Positions 47,319 through 56,762 are shown, counted from the stretch's first letter. The stretch is DNA of 64,000 bases from a virus (IMGVR_UViG_3300003316_000244:1-64000); one strand, 5' to 3'. Numbers and translations: made by a program. The notes: generated by a model not told the origin, from the sequence alone.

Positions 47319-47350
47319 TTTGATTTTAAATAAAAAAAATATTAAATTTG
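47319..47350 (+). promoter_or_regulatory. Bacteroidota-type promoter
   Basis: TTTG-N20-TAAATTTG, perfect match. Confidence 0.7.
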
Positions 47351-47369
47351 TTTGTTTTAATAATTAAAA

Positions 47370-47735
47370 ATGTATAATAAAGAAACGATAAAAAAAATAT
47401 TTCTTGATGAAATTGAAAAATTTAAAATTATTAGATATAAAATTATGATTAATAATTTAAAATTAACAATCCACTCAAATAAATTACATCAATCATTAAT
47501 TGATAATTCATATTATTTTCATGGAAGAAGTGGAAAAGAATGGATTTTTGAATATTATAAAAAATATGAAACATTTTATTCGTATGATAATGATTTTTTT
47601 TCAAAAATAAATAAAAATGAATTTGAAATTAATTTTGAAGAAATTTTTAAAATCATGGAAATTATTTTAAAAGAAACTTTTAATTTTAAAGAAAAAACAA
47701 ATTTTATTGCTAGTATTAAAAATCCTTTAGAATAA
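47370..47735 (+). CDS. Paralog-family protein (ELLKCNNFNY family)
   Basis: LKLTIHSNKLHQSLIDNSYYFHG...WIFEYYKKY...FFSKI. Confidence 0.65.
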   Translation: MYNKETIKKIFLDEIEKFKIIRYKIMINNLKLTIHSNKLHQSLIDNSYYFHGRSGKEWIFEYYKKYETFYSYDNDFFSKINKNEFEINFEEIFKIMEIILKETFNFKEKTNFIASIKNPLE

Positions 47736-47743
47736 ATTAAAAT

Positions 47744-48376
47744 ATGATAAATGTTTATGAATATGATGGAGAATTTCCAGTTAGTGTTATAGTTCCTCTA
47801 TCTGAAAAAAGAAAAAATTTTTTTAATCAGTTTACCCTTCCTTCCATTGAAGGAATGGGAGTGAAAGAAATAATTATTAATGATAATTTTGGTGGGGCAT
47901 GTAAAAAAAGAAATGATGGAGCAAAGAAAGCAACACAACCATTCATATTATTTAGTGATGATGATTTAATATTTCCTGTTGATTTTATAAAAAAAGGATT
48001 AGAGACATTAGAAAAAAATCCAAATAAAGGATATGCATATTCTGGTTATGATGGAATTGTTATGGATTATAGAACTCATCCATTAAAACAAAATTTTACA
48101 ATACCATCCATTCCATTCAATGGACCCCAATTGAAAAAGGGAAATTATATCTCAACAATGTCACTTTTAAAAAAAGAATATTTTTTTGGATTTGATGAAA
48201 ATCTTAAAAGATTTCATGATTGGGATTTGTGGTTAACTCTTCTCTCAAAAGGTATTGAAGGAATATGTGTACCAGAAATGAAATTTTTGGCATTTTATTT
48301 AGATGAAGGAATTACTTCAAATACTAATAACGAAATGAATGCATTATTAGCTATTAAAAATAAACATAATATATAA
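47744..48376 (+). CDS. Glycosyltransferase family 2
   Basis: VSVIVP, KRNDGAK, ILFSDDD, FDENL.RFHDWDLW. Confidence 0.82.
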   Translation: MINVYEYDGEFPVSVIVPLSEKRKNFFNQFTLPSIEGMGVKEIIINDNFGGACKKRNDGAKKATQPFILFSDDDLIFPVDFIKKGLETLEKNPNKGYAYSGYDGIVMDYRTHPLKQNFTIPSIPFNGPQLKKGNYISTMSLLKKEYFFGFDENLKRFHDWDLWLTLLSKGIEGICVPEMKFLAFYLDEGITSNTNNEMNALLAIKNKHNI

Positions 48377-48378
48377 AT

Positions 48379-48969
48379 ATGAATAGTAAGCAATTAAAAG
48401 TAAAAAGTTTTTCTTTTTTAGAAAATGAAAAAGAATCAGTGTTTTTAAAAATTAAAAATAAATTTAAAAATTTAATTTATTTTTGGTATGATATAAAATA
48501 CGGTGTTCGAAATTTAATAAAGTGGTTTCCAATTATTTGGAAAGATAGAAATTGGAATCATGAAAACATATATAGTATTCTAATAAAAAAATTAGAATTA
48601 CAAAGAGATTCAATAAAAAAAAATGACAGATTTGTAAATGTTGAAGAAGTTGTTAAAGATATGACATATGTTATTGATTTACTTAAGAAATCAAATAATG
48701 AATGGGATAATTATTTAAACCCTTTTTATCAAATGCATGATAAAAAATGGGGAGAAAATGAATTTTATTTTGAAGAAATTAAAGAAGGTAAAAATAAAGG
48801 TTACTTTGATGTAAAATCAACAAGAGAAGATAGATTATCACCAGAAGAAAATGAAATTGAAAATAAAGAATTAATAGATGGATTGAATAAAATCAATGAA
48901 GAAAGACGTAAAGATTTACTTGATGCATTAACATTTATGGCTAATAAAAGTGATGAATGGTGGGATTGA
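48379..48969 (+). CDS. Hypothetical protein (196 aa)
   Basis: Trp-rich NLIKWFPIIWKDRNW and C-terminal EWWD; no function recognised. Confidence 0.6.
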   Translation: MNSKQLKVKSFSFLENEKESVFLKIKNKFKNLIYFWYDIKYGVRNLIKWFPIIWKDRNWNHENIYSILIKKLELQRDSIKKNDRFVNVEEVVKDMTYVIDLLKKSNNEWDNYLNPFYQMHDKKWGENEFYFEEIKEGKNKGYFDVKSTREDRLSPEENEIENKELIDGLNKINEERRKDLLDALTFMANKSDEWWD

Positions 48970-48974
48970 TTTTA

Positions 48975-48982
48975 GTATTTAT
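48975..48982 (+). promoter_or_regulatory. Putative late promoter for the glycan-modification operon
   Basis: GTATTTAT immediately before the 48985/48988 start. Confidence 0.45.
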
Positions 48983-48984
48983 TA

Positions 48985-50043
48985 TTGATGAGAAGAATTA
49001 TAAAAAAACAAAATGAAAATAAAAAAAGTAAATTAGTACGACTTATAAAATCTGTAAATAATAATGTTATAACAACAAAAAAAAGAAAAATAAATACAAA
49101 TAATGAAGTTAAAGAAGAAATAAAGAATAGGATAGTAAAAAATAACAATTCATTATTAATTAATAATAAATTAAATATTAATGCTTTGAATAAGTCAAAG
49201 TTAACCAAATTAGAACAGCGTATTGCAGCATCGGTTACCAATACTCCACCAGAAATTAAAACTAATAATTCAAATAATAAGTTTGATGAAAGAATTAATA
49301 ATTCTGTTGTATCTAAACAAATTATTAAGGATGAAATATCATATGATGCAATAATTATGATTTCATCCTATAATAGATATAAAAAACTTCTTTCAATATT
49401 AAATCAACTTTTTACACAAGAAACTAAATTTTTATTTAAAGTTATAGTTTATAATGATGGATCAACAGAAAATTATGATGAATTACCCATATTATTTCCT
49501 CAAATAAATTTTATTAATGGAAAAATAAATAATGGAAAGAAAAAATATTGGGAAAGTATTACTAGACTTTGGAAAGAAATAAAATCACATTATAATACTA
49601 GAACAGTAATTCAAATTGATGATGATTTTATTCTTTGTGAAAATTTTATTGATACTGTAATAGATTTTTTCATGGAAAAAGTGAAAATAAATCCAAACGT
49701 GATGGCTATATCTTATCATGTTAATCCTGATTATAAACAAAAAAGATGGGGTTTTGATGATTGGGTTGATGGTGGTGCATTATATAGTGATAGATTTTTA
49801 AAAAAAATAGATTATGCTGTTGAGCCTATTTCAGAAAAAAGATGGGAATCAAATCCTAAACTCAGTTCTGGTGTATGGCATCAAATAACCAAGAAAATAC
49901 ATCAGTTTGGTGGAGTAATAGTAACACCTGAGACTTCAATGGCATATCATGATGGTAATGAAGATTCTATGATGAATTCAAATATTAGAAAATTAACTCA
50001 TATTAAAACAAAAAATTTTAAAGATGGTAACAGTAATTCTTAA
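48985..50043 (+). CDS. GT-A glycosyltransferase with a long basic Lys/Asn-rich N-terminal extension
   Basis: ISSYNR, VYNDGS, IQIDDD; first ~115 aa low-complexity. Confidence 0.7.
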   Translation: MMRRIIKKQNENKKSKLVRLIKSVNNNVITTKKRKINTNNEVKEEIKNRIVKNNNSLLINNKLNINALNKSKLTKLEQRIAASVTNTPPEIKTNNSNNKFDERINNSVVSKQIIKDEISYDAIIMISSYNRYKKLLSILNQLFTQETKFLFKVIVYNDGSTENYDELPILFPQINFINGKINNGKKKYWESITRLWKEIKSHYNTRTVIQIDDDFILCENFIDTVIDFFMEKVKINPNVMAISYHVNPDYKQKRWGFDDWVDGGALYSDRFLKKIDYAVEPISEKRWESNPKLSSGVWHQITKKIHQFGGVIVTPETSMAYHDGNEDSMMNSNIRKLTHIKTKNFKDGNSNS

Positions 50044-50758
50044 TGTTTATAAAAGACCTTATACTTTAGAGCATCAAATTAATGCAATAAAAAATCAAAA
50101 TATAAATATTCCAGATGAAAATATTTGGATTTGGTATAATAAAAGTGATGTTCCACAACCATTACCAAACAATAGTAAACATTTTACATTTCAATGTAAT
50201 TGGAATAGTAAATTTCATGGAAGATTTACTGCAGCATTGCTTGCTAAAACAGAATATGTTATTTTTTTAGATGATGACATTATACCCGGAAAAAAATCTT
50301 TTGAAAATGCTATTTATTGGACTAATAAAATGAATGGAATTATGGGTGGTAGTGGTGTATTATTAAATGGATATGGATATAGACCACATGAAAAATTTGG
50401 TTGGACAGGAGTTCATCCTAATGAACCAGTTAGAGTTGATTTATGTGGACATTTTTGGTGCATTAAACAAGAGTGGGCTAAATATATGTGGTATGAACCA
50501 GTATATAGTTTTGAAAATGGTGAAGATATTGCTTTTTCATTTTTATGTCAAAAATATGGTGGGATAAATACTTTTGCTTTTCCACATCCTGAAAATGATA
50601 TTGATATGTGGTCAAATCATCCATCAAGAGATAATGGATGGGGTAATGATAAAAATGCATCATTTATAATTAAACCGAATCATTATACGTTAAGAGATAA
50701 TATTTGTCAATATTATATTGATAAAGGATGGAAAACTGTTAAAAATTTAAAAAAATAA
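50024..50758 (+). CDS. GT-A glycosyltransferase
   Basis: VTVILNVYKR, RF, IFLDDD, VDLCGH, GEDI. Confidence 0.75.
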   Translation: MVTVILNVYKRPYTLEHQINAIKNQNINIPDENIWIWYNKSDVPQPLPNNSKHFTFQCNWNSKFHGRFTAALLAKTEYVIFLDDDIIPGKKSFENAIYWTNKMNGIMGGSGVLLNGYGYRPHEKFGWTGVHPNEPVRVDLCGHFWCIKQEWAKYMWYEPVYSFENGEDIAFSFLCQKYGGINTFAFPHPENDIDMWSNHPSRDNGWGNDKNASFIIKPNHYTLRDNICQYYIDKGWKTVKNLKK

Positions 50759-51417
50759 TGGAAGAAAAGTATGTATCAAGATTTTTTGATGAAATAGATA
50801 ATAATAAACAAAAGTTTTATTATGAAATGCCAATAGAATGGTGGAGTAGAATATATGAATACCATTGGGCAAGTGAATTTGTAGAAAAAAATGATATATG
50901 TTTAGATGCGGCATGTGGTGTATCACATCCTTTTAAATTTTGGTTAACTGATAATGCTAATAAAGTTTATGCAAATGATTTTGATAAAAGATTAATAAAT
51001 ATTGAGGAAGTTAAACGTGAATTGGAAGATATCGTTGGTGTTAAATGGTTTAATGAAATTGAAAATGCCTATAAAAAAATAGAGTTTAATACTGATAATT
51101 TAACTAAATTAAGTTATTCTGATAAACAATTTAATAAAACATTTTGTATTTCAGTTTTAGAACATATTGATAAATATCTCACATTAGATAATTATAAAAC
51201 AAGTAATTTATATAAAGCAATTACTGAATTAAATCGTGTAACTAAGGATGATGGTTTATTAATATTTACTTTTGATTATCCACACATTAACCTTACTGTG
51301 TTTAATCAAATAATTAAAGATTTAAATTTAAATTATTTTGATTATAAAGATAATTTATCTGAAAAAAATGTTACTAAAAATAATTTGAAATGTTTTAGAG
51401 CAGTATTAAAAAAATGA
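50758..51417 (+). CDS. Class I SAM-dependent methyltransferase
   Basis: LDAACG, CISVLEHI, L.RV.K..GLLIFT. Confidence 0.75.
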   Translation: MEEKYVSRFFDEIDNNKQKFYYEMPIEWWSRIYEYHWASEFVEKNDICLDAACGVSHPFKFWLTDNANKVYANDFDKRLINIEEVKRELEDIVGVKWFNEIENAYKKIEFNTDNLTKLSYSDKQFNKTFCISVLEHIDKYLTLDNYKTSNLYKAITELNRVTKDDGLLIFTFDYPHINLTVFNQIIKDLNLNYFDYKDNLSEKNVTKNNLKCFRAVLKK

Positions 51418-52142
51418 AAACATTTAAAGGTGACTTTGATTATTTTTTAAATAAAGTTAAAAATAATGAACATTTTTCATTATCAAGATGGGGTGATGGT
51501 GAATTAATGATTCTTGAAAATAAATTTATTGATATTATTTCTAAAGGTGATGGTGAATTTAAACATGATCCAAATAGTAAATCTCATCTTGCTATGAGAG
51601 ATATTTTAATGAAATCATATACCCATAAAGATGATAATTATTATATTGGAATTGCTTGTCATTGTTGTGTTGGTAGAGAAAAGTTTGAATATATGAAAAA
51701 CTTGTCCAATCAAAATGAAAATAATTTAACTTGGGCAAATATTTTTGTTAATTCTAATTATAAATATTTTTTAGATGAATTTTTACCAACATTAAAAAAT
51801 AAAAAAACAATTCTTGTAGCCAATCAAGTTGGTTATAAAAATTATAAATCTCTTCCATTTAATGTTGATAAATATATACCAATAGAAGCAGATGCTTGGG
51901 TTAAAAATTATAATATTTCAGATTTTTTAAAAAATGAAATAACTAACAATAATATGAAGGATTATATATTTTTATTTGCTGCTGGTCCATTTGCAAACAT
52001 ATTAACATATGAATTATGGGTTCATGATAAAAATAATACCTATATTGATATAGGATCAACTTTAGATAAAATGTTAGGATTGCAAGTAACTAGAAGATAT
52101 CTACGTGGAGCAGATACCTTAAATAAGGTTTGTTTGTGGTAA
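51414..52142 (+). CDS. GT-D-fold (DUF1792-like) glycosyltransferase-like protein
   Basis: SLSRWGDGE, FAAGP, IDIGS. Confidence 0.65.
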   Translation: MKTFKGDFDYFLNKVKNNEHFSLSRWGDGELMILENKFIDIISKGDGEFKHDPNSKSHLAMRDILMKSYTHKDDNYYIGIACHCCVGREKFEYMKNLSNQNENNLTWANIFVNSNYKYFLDEFLPTLKNKKTILVANQVGYKNYKSLPFNVDKYIPIEADAWVKNYNISDFLKNEITNNNMKDYIFLFAAGPFANILTYELWVHDKNNTYIDIGSTLDKMLGLQVTRRYLRGADTLNKVCLW

Positions 52143-52152
52143 ATTAAAAAAG

Positions 52153-52791
52153 ATGATAAATATTGAAGATTATAAAAACGAAGGATGGGGACTTTCAAAA
52201 ATCGGTTTTGAAAAAATATATGAAGGTCTTATGAATCATGAATGTGATGATTTAAATGTTGTAGAATTTGGTTCTGGAACATCAACTAAATTTTTTCTTG
52301 ATATTAATGAAAAAACAAATAAAAAAATAAATATATTCTCATTTGACAATGATCCAAATTTTTCATTTAAACCAGATAAAACATATGATAATTTAAAATT
52401 AAATATTATTGATTTGGTTGATTTTTCTGATGATCATTTTAATAAAATGTTCATAAATAAAGAGTATTTTCCTCAATTTGCAAATCTTAAAAATACACCA
52501 GTTCATACTAGACAACGAAATACTTTTTATAATGTCAGAAATTTACAATTACCTGAACAAATTGATTATTTATTACTTGACGGCCCACATGGTAATGGTA
52601 GAAGTATTGGATTTTTACATACATATAAAAAATTAAATTCAAAAAGTCTGATTTTTATTGATGATCATACACATTATCCATTTTTAGATGATTTAAAAAA
52701 GCTAATAGATATTGAAATTCTATTTGAAAATAGATCATCTACCGGAAAATGGGAAAATGGAGGTAATTTTATTATTGTAAAATTAAAATAA
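52153..52791 (+). CDS. SAM-dependent methyltransferase-like protein
   Basis: VEFGSGTST, LLDGP, IFIDD. Confidence 0.7.
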   Translation: MINIEDYKNEGWGLSKIGFEKIYEGLMNHECDDLNVVEFGSGTSTKFFLDINEKTNKKINIFSFDNDPNFSFKPDKTYDNLKLNIIDLVDFSDDHFNKMFINKEYFPQFANLKNTPVHTRQRNTFYNVRNLQLPEQIDYLLLDGPHGNGRSIGFLHTYKKLNSKSLIFIDDHTHYPFLDDLKKLIDIEILFENRSSTGKWENGGNFIIVKLK

Positions 52792-53369
52792 TGTCGTTTG
52801 AAAAGGATTATTGGGAATTAAGATATAAAGGAGATGGAACTTCTGGTGTAGGTTCTTATGGTCAGTATTTTAAATTTAAATCAACAATCCTGAATCAATT
52901 TATTTTAGATAAAAATATAAAAAATATTTTTGATTATGGTTGTGGTGATTGTAATCAATTAGCAGGATTAAATTTAAATAATGTAATATATTATGGTTCT
53001 GATATCTCAGATTTTATAATTGAGAAGCATAAAAAAATATATGAAGGTAGTAATTTTAATTTCATTTATGATAACGAAATCGACAACCAAGGAAAATTTG
53101 AGTTAGTACTTTCATTAGATGTTATATATCATATAGTAACTGATGAAAATTATTATCAATATATTAAAAATATAAAAAAATTAAGTGATAAATATATAAT
53201 TATATATTCATCAAATGATGATAGTATTGAAAGTTTAGTTCATCATGTAAAACACAGATCATTTTTAAATGATATTCTTGATGGTGGTGAATTTGAACTA
53301 ATAAACATAATTAGAAATATCCATGATGTTTCTGCTGATTTTTATTTCTTTAAAAGAGTATGTTATTAA
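52791..53369 (+). CDS. Class I SAM-dependent methyltransferase
   Basis: SGVGS, DYGCGD, SLDVIYH. Confidence 0.78.
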   Translation: MSFEKDYWELRYKGDGTSGVGSYGQYFKFKSTILNQFILDKNIKNIFDYGCGDCNQLAGLNLNNVIYYGSDISDFIIEKHKKIYEGSNFNFIYDNEIDNQGKFELVLSLDVIYHIVTDENYYQYIKNIKKLSDKYIIIYSSNDDSIESLVHHVKHRSFLNDILDGGEFELINIIRNIHDVSADFYFFKRVCY

Positions 53370-54379
53370 TTTGCTATGGTACAAGACCAGAATTCATTAA
53401 ATCAAAACCAATTATTGATGAATTAATAAAAAGAAAATTACCATTTAAAACATTATTTACTGGCCAACATGATATGTTGAAAAATATAAAAAGTGATTAT
53501 GTTTTGGAAATTTTGGATAATTCAAATATTGATAGATTAAGCAATGTTACAAGTAATTGTGTTAATGGAATTTCAACTATCTTAAAAGAGGATAAAGAAA
53601 TAAAATATGTAATGGTTCAAGGAGATACAACCTCTGCAGCAGCCATTGCTTGGGGTGCTTTAAATAATAATATTAAAATTATACATCTTGAAGCAGGTTT
53701 AAGAAGTTTTGATAAAAAAAATCCTTTTCCTGAAGAAAATAATAGATTATTAATAAGTGACATGGCAACCATCCACCTATGTCCAACTACTTTAAATAAA
53801 GATAATTTAAATAAAGAAAATATATTTGATAATATTTTTGTTGTAGGAAATACTGGACTCGATCCACTACTTTCAATGAAAAATGAAATAAAATATGAAA
53901 ATAAAGTATTAGTAACATTACATAGACGTGAAAACCATGAAATTATGAATCACTGGTTTGAAGTTTTAAATATGATAGCCAAAAACAATCCAAATTTGGA
54001 ATTTGTATTACCAATACACCCTAATCCAAATGTTTTAAAACATAAAAATTTATTAACAAATATTAAAGTAATTGATCCAATTCCGCATTCTGATTTAGTT
54101 AAATTTATTACTGAATGCAAATTGGTTATAAGTGATTCGGGTTCAATTCAGGAAGAATGTTCATTTTTAAATAAAAAAATAATTGTTTGTAGAAAAACAA
54201 CAGAAAGACCTGAATCTATTGGTATGACATCATTTTTATGTGAAAAACCAGAAAATTTAAAAGAAATTTTTGATTTTCATATTGAAAAATACATTGTTTC
54301 TGAAAATATTTGCCCATTTGGTGATGGAAAATCTTCAATTAAAATTGTAGATATATTAGAAAATATAATATATTTGTAA
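53360..54379 (+). CDS. wecB: UDP-N-acetylglucosamine 2-epimerase (non-hydrolysing)
   Basis: GTRPE, TGQH, QGDT, HLEAGLRS, PFPEE.NR, TLHRREN, DSGSIQEE, ERPE, PFGDG. Confidence 0.93.
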   Translation: MLLICYGTRPEFIKSKPIIDELIKRKLPFKTLFTGQHDMLKNIKSDYVLEILDNSNIDRLSNVTSNCVNGISTILKEDKEIKYVMVQGDTTSAAAIAWGALNNNIKIIHLEAGLRSFDKKNPFPEENNRLLISDMATIHLCPTTLNKDNLNKENIFDNIFVVGNTGLDPLLSMKNEIKYENKVLVTLHRRENHEIMNHWFEVLNMIAKNNPNLEFVLPIHPNPNVLKHKNLLTNIKVIDPIPHSDLVKFITECKLVISDSGSIQEECSFLNKKIIVCRKTTERPESIGMTSFLCEKPENLKEIFDFHIEKYIVSENICPFGDGKSSIKIVDILENIIYL

Positions 54380-54381
54380 TA

Positions 54382-54606
54382 ATGGATAACATTGGTACAA
54401 AAGTTAATATTGGATTTTGCAAATCTATTGGTTTAAAAAACCAACATTTTCCCGTAAAAAAAAGATTAAATTTTAAGATTATATTTTATTTTAATAATCA
54501 AATTATCTATAGAAATGATGTTATTTCATTTATAAGAATTAATTTTAAAGATTTATATCTTAATCACCATTTTACAATTGATAAATCATTTTATTCTAAA
54601 AAATGA
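54382..54606 (+). CDS. Small hypothetical protein
   Basis: Coupled to both neighbours. Confidence 0.45.
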   Translation: MDNIGTKVNIGFCKSIGLKNQHFPVKKRLNFKIIFYFNNQIIYRNDVISFIRINFKDLYLNHHFTIDKSFYSKK

Positions 54607-55244
54607 AATTAGGTAATATAATATATAATGGTGATTTAATTAATCACGAAATGGTTGATTATATCAATTATTATAGAGTTGAACTTAATAATATTGATGC
54701 TATATTAGTTAATTTAAATAAACTTCCTACATTGATAGTAGGTTATTCATTATTTAAGAAACTTTTTATTGATAAGTTTCCAGACCAATCAATTTTAGAT
54801 AAAAAAGTTATACCTAATAAATTATATTGGGAATTTTCATTTGCTGAAAATAAAAAACAAAATTTAGAAGGAATTGAATTCTTTGTTAATGAAAATTTAG
54901 TTAAATATTATTTTTTTGATTTTACCTATAAAAATATTGATCCATTATTCGATAATTTAAAAATAAATGATGATTTATTTAAAATTTTTATAAAACCTAT
55001 AGAATATGTCTATATAGAAAAAAGAATGATATATGTTATATCAAATAACATTATTCATGGAATAGATAAAGAAACTTTTACTTTTTTTAATTTTAATGTA
55101 AAAAATATTATAGATTTTTTAATTGAAAAATCATTAAAATGGACAAATGATGAAGATAATAAAATATATGAATCATATTATAAACAATTTCCAGAATTTG
55201 ATTTATTGAAGAGATATATTCCTCTTTTTGAAATGATTAAGTAG
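54603..55244 (+). CDS. Hypothetical protein (213 aa)
   Basis: Long ORF, no recognised motif. Confidence 0.6.
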   Translation: MKLGNIIYNGDLINHEMVDYINYYRVELNNIDAILVNLNKLPTLIVGYSLFKKLFIDKFPDQSILDKKVIPNKLYWEFSFAENKKQNLEGIEFFVNENLVKYYFFDFTYKNIDPLFDNLKINDDLFKIFIKPIEYVYIEKRMIYVISNNIIHGIDKETFTFFNFNVKNIIDFLIEKSLKWTNDEDNKIYESYYKQFPEFDLLKRYIPLFEMIK

Positions 55245-55260
55245 TTTTTTGGATGTTCCA

Positions 55261-55268
55261 GTATTTAT
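55261..55268 (+). promoter_or_regulatory. Putative late promoter GTATTTAT
   Basis: 17 nt before ATG 55286. Confidence 0.55.
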
Positions 55269-55285
55269 AATAAATTATTAAAATT

Positions 55286-55474
55286 ATGGAAAATATTGAT
55301 GCCCTAAATTCATTTTTGAATGATGAAACAAAATCTAAAAATGATAAATTTGAGGTAACAAAATCACAACCAGAGACTAAAAAAGTTATTTCAAAAAAAG
55401 ATGGTTTAGTTGAAAGAGTTGATAAGATTTATGTAACTAACGATGGAAGACAATTATTAAGAGAAGTATATTAA
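55286..55474 (+). CDS. Small late protein (62 aa)
   Basis: Late motif upstream. Confidence 0.6.
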   Translation: MENIDALNSFLNDETKSKNDKFEVTKSQPETKKVISKKDGLVERVDKIYVTNDGRQLLREVY

Positions 55475-55486
55475 TTATTTAAATTA

Positions 55487-56185
55487 ATGTCTAGAGAAAT
55501 AGATTTTTTAAAAAAATTTAAAAAGTTATCCTCAATGAATGAGGCAAATATCACAAAAATAAGTGATACTGATGATACTTTACCGCATCAACATCTAGGA
55601 TTGTCAGAAGAAGATGCTAATAAAGATCAAAATATTCCAAATCCAAACAGTGGAAGTACTACTGGCACAACTGGATCAACAAGCGGATCAACTTTATCTG
55701 CAGTACCTCCTTCAGTAACTTCACCAGAATCAGAATTTGATCAAAATACATTAGGATCAGTAAAAAATACTAATTTAATAGACGATACTAAAGAAAAAGA
55801 AGAGGATATTCAAAACGAGTTATTAAAACTTCAAGTTTCAGCAATGAAAAAAATGTCTGATAAAATTTCAGAATTAGAAGAAATTATTGGACAAATGAAT
55901 ATTTCAATGAATAATTTGAAATCTGAAGTTAATAAAGTAAAAGACCCATCACCAATGGAAAAACTAGAAAATAAATGGAAAGATAGTTATCCATTTAAAT
56001 ATACTCTTGGTGACATATGGGATGGAAATGTTTTTCAAGGTAGAAAAGATTTGTTTGATGATTCATCTGTAATAAAAAATGATAGTGTAATTAAACAGAC
56101 ACCAGATGGATCGTTTGAAGCCAAGTTTGATGAAATGCCAAAAATAAGTGATTTTGAATTAAAAAAATCCTTTGAAGTATATTAA
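55487..56185 (+). CDS. Late acidic protein with S/T/G-rich linker and coiled coil; possible internal head protein
   Basis: SGSTTGTTGSTSGST linker; heptad segment; N-terminal ...MNE. Confidence 0.6.
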   Translation: MSREIDFLKKFKKLSSMNEANITKISDTDDTLPHQHLGLSEEDANKDQNIPNPNSGSTTGTTGSTSGSTLSAVPPSVTSPESEFDQNTLGSVKNTNLIDDTKEKEEDIQNELLKLQVSAMKKMSDKISELEEIIGQMNISMNNLKSEVNKVKDPSPMEKLENKWKDSYPFKYTLGDIWDGNVFQGRKDLFDDSSVIKNDSVIKQTPDGSFEAKFDEMPKISDFELKKSFEVY

Positions 56186-56190
56186 TTAAT

Positions 56191-56691
56191 ATGAAAGTTT
56201 TCAATAAAGCTGGTAGTAAAAAAAGATTATTTGAAATGATGGCAGTTATTAATAAAACTCCCATTAATGAAAAGTTTTTAACCAAAGAAGAATTGGGTGA
56301 AATTGCTTCATTATATAAAGCAAAAAAACAAACTGAAGATTTAACACACGATCAAGAACCAGATTTAAATGATACTCCTTTAAATCAATCAAATAATGAT
56401 GAAAATAAAAATTTTGATTTATTAAAAACTTCTATTATAAAAGATTTTAATCCAGAAATTATTCATGATGATGATCATGAATTTCAGATTAGAATACCAA
56501 AGGATAATAATTATAGATTATATAAAATTGTTAAATTTTATATAAAAAATGATGAAAATGCACCATTATATGGTATCTATAAATATGATGATAGTTTTGA
56601 TGGTTATGATCTATTACATGATGAAATTGGAAGTAGAGCACTAGATTCTGAACAAATACCATTAATAATTTCACAAGATTTGAAAAAATAA
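56191..56691 (+). CDS. Late hypothetical protein; possible internal head protein
   Basis: N-terminal KKRLFEMM...INE. Confidence 0.55.
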   Translation: MKVFNKAGSKKRLFEMMAVINKTPINEKFLTKEELGEIASLYKAKKQTEDLTHDQEPDLNDTPLNQSNNDENKNFDLLKTSIIKDFNPEIIHDDDHEFQIRIPKDNNYRLYKIVKFYIKNDENAPLYGIYKYDDSFDGYDLLHDEIGSRALDSEQIPLIISQDLKK

Positions 56692-56717
56692 ATCATATAA
56701 TTTTATTTTAAGGTTAT

Positions 56718-56762
56718 CCCTGCATGCCTCTGATTCAAGCACACTTTGCAGGGCTTTTTTTT
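56718..56762 (+). terminator. Intrinsic terminator with long interrupted stem
   Basis: CCCTGCA ... TGCAGGG followed by C and T8. Confidence 0.65.

Noticed and set aside
56715-56724. Antisense target of the candidate ncRNA (TATCCCTGCA versus TGCAGGATA)
   Set aside because: Only about 9 bp with a bulge; plausible by chance in 64 kb.
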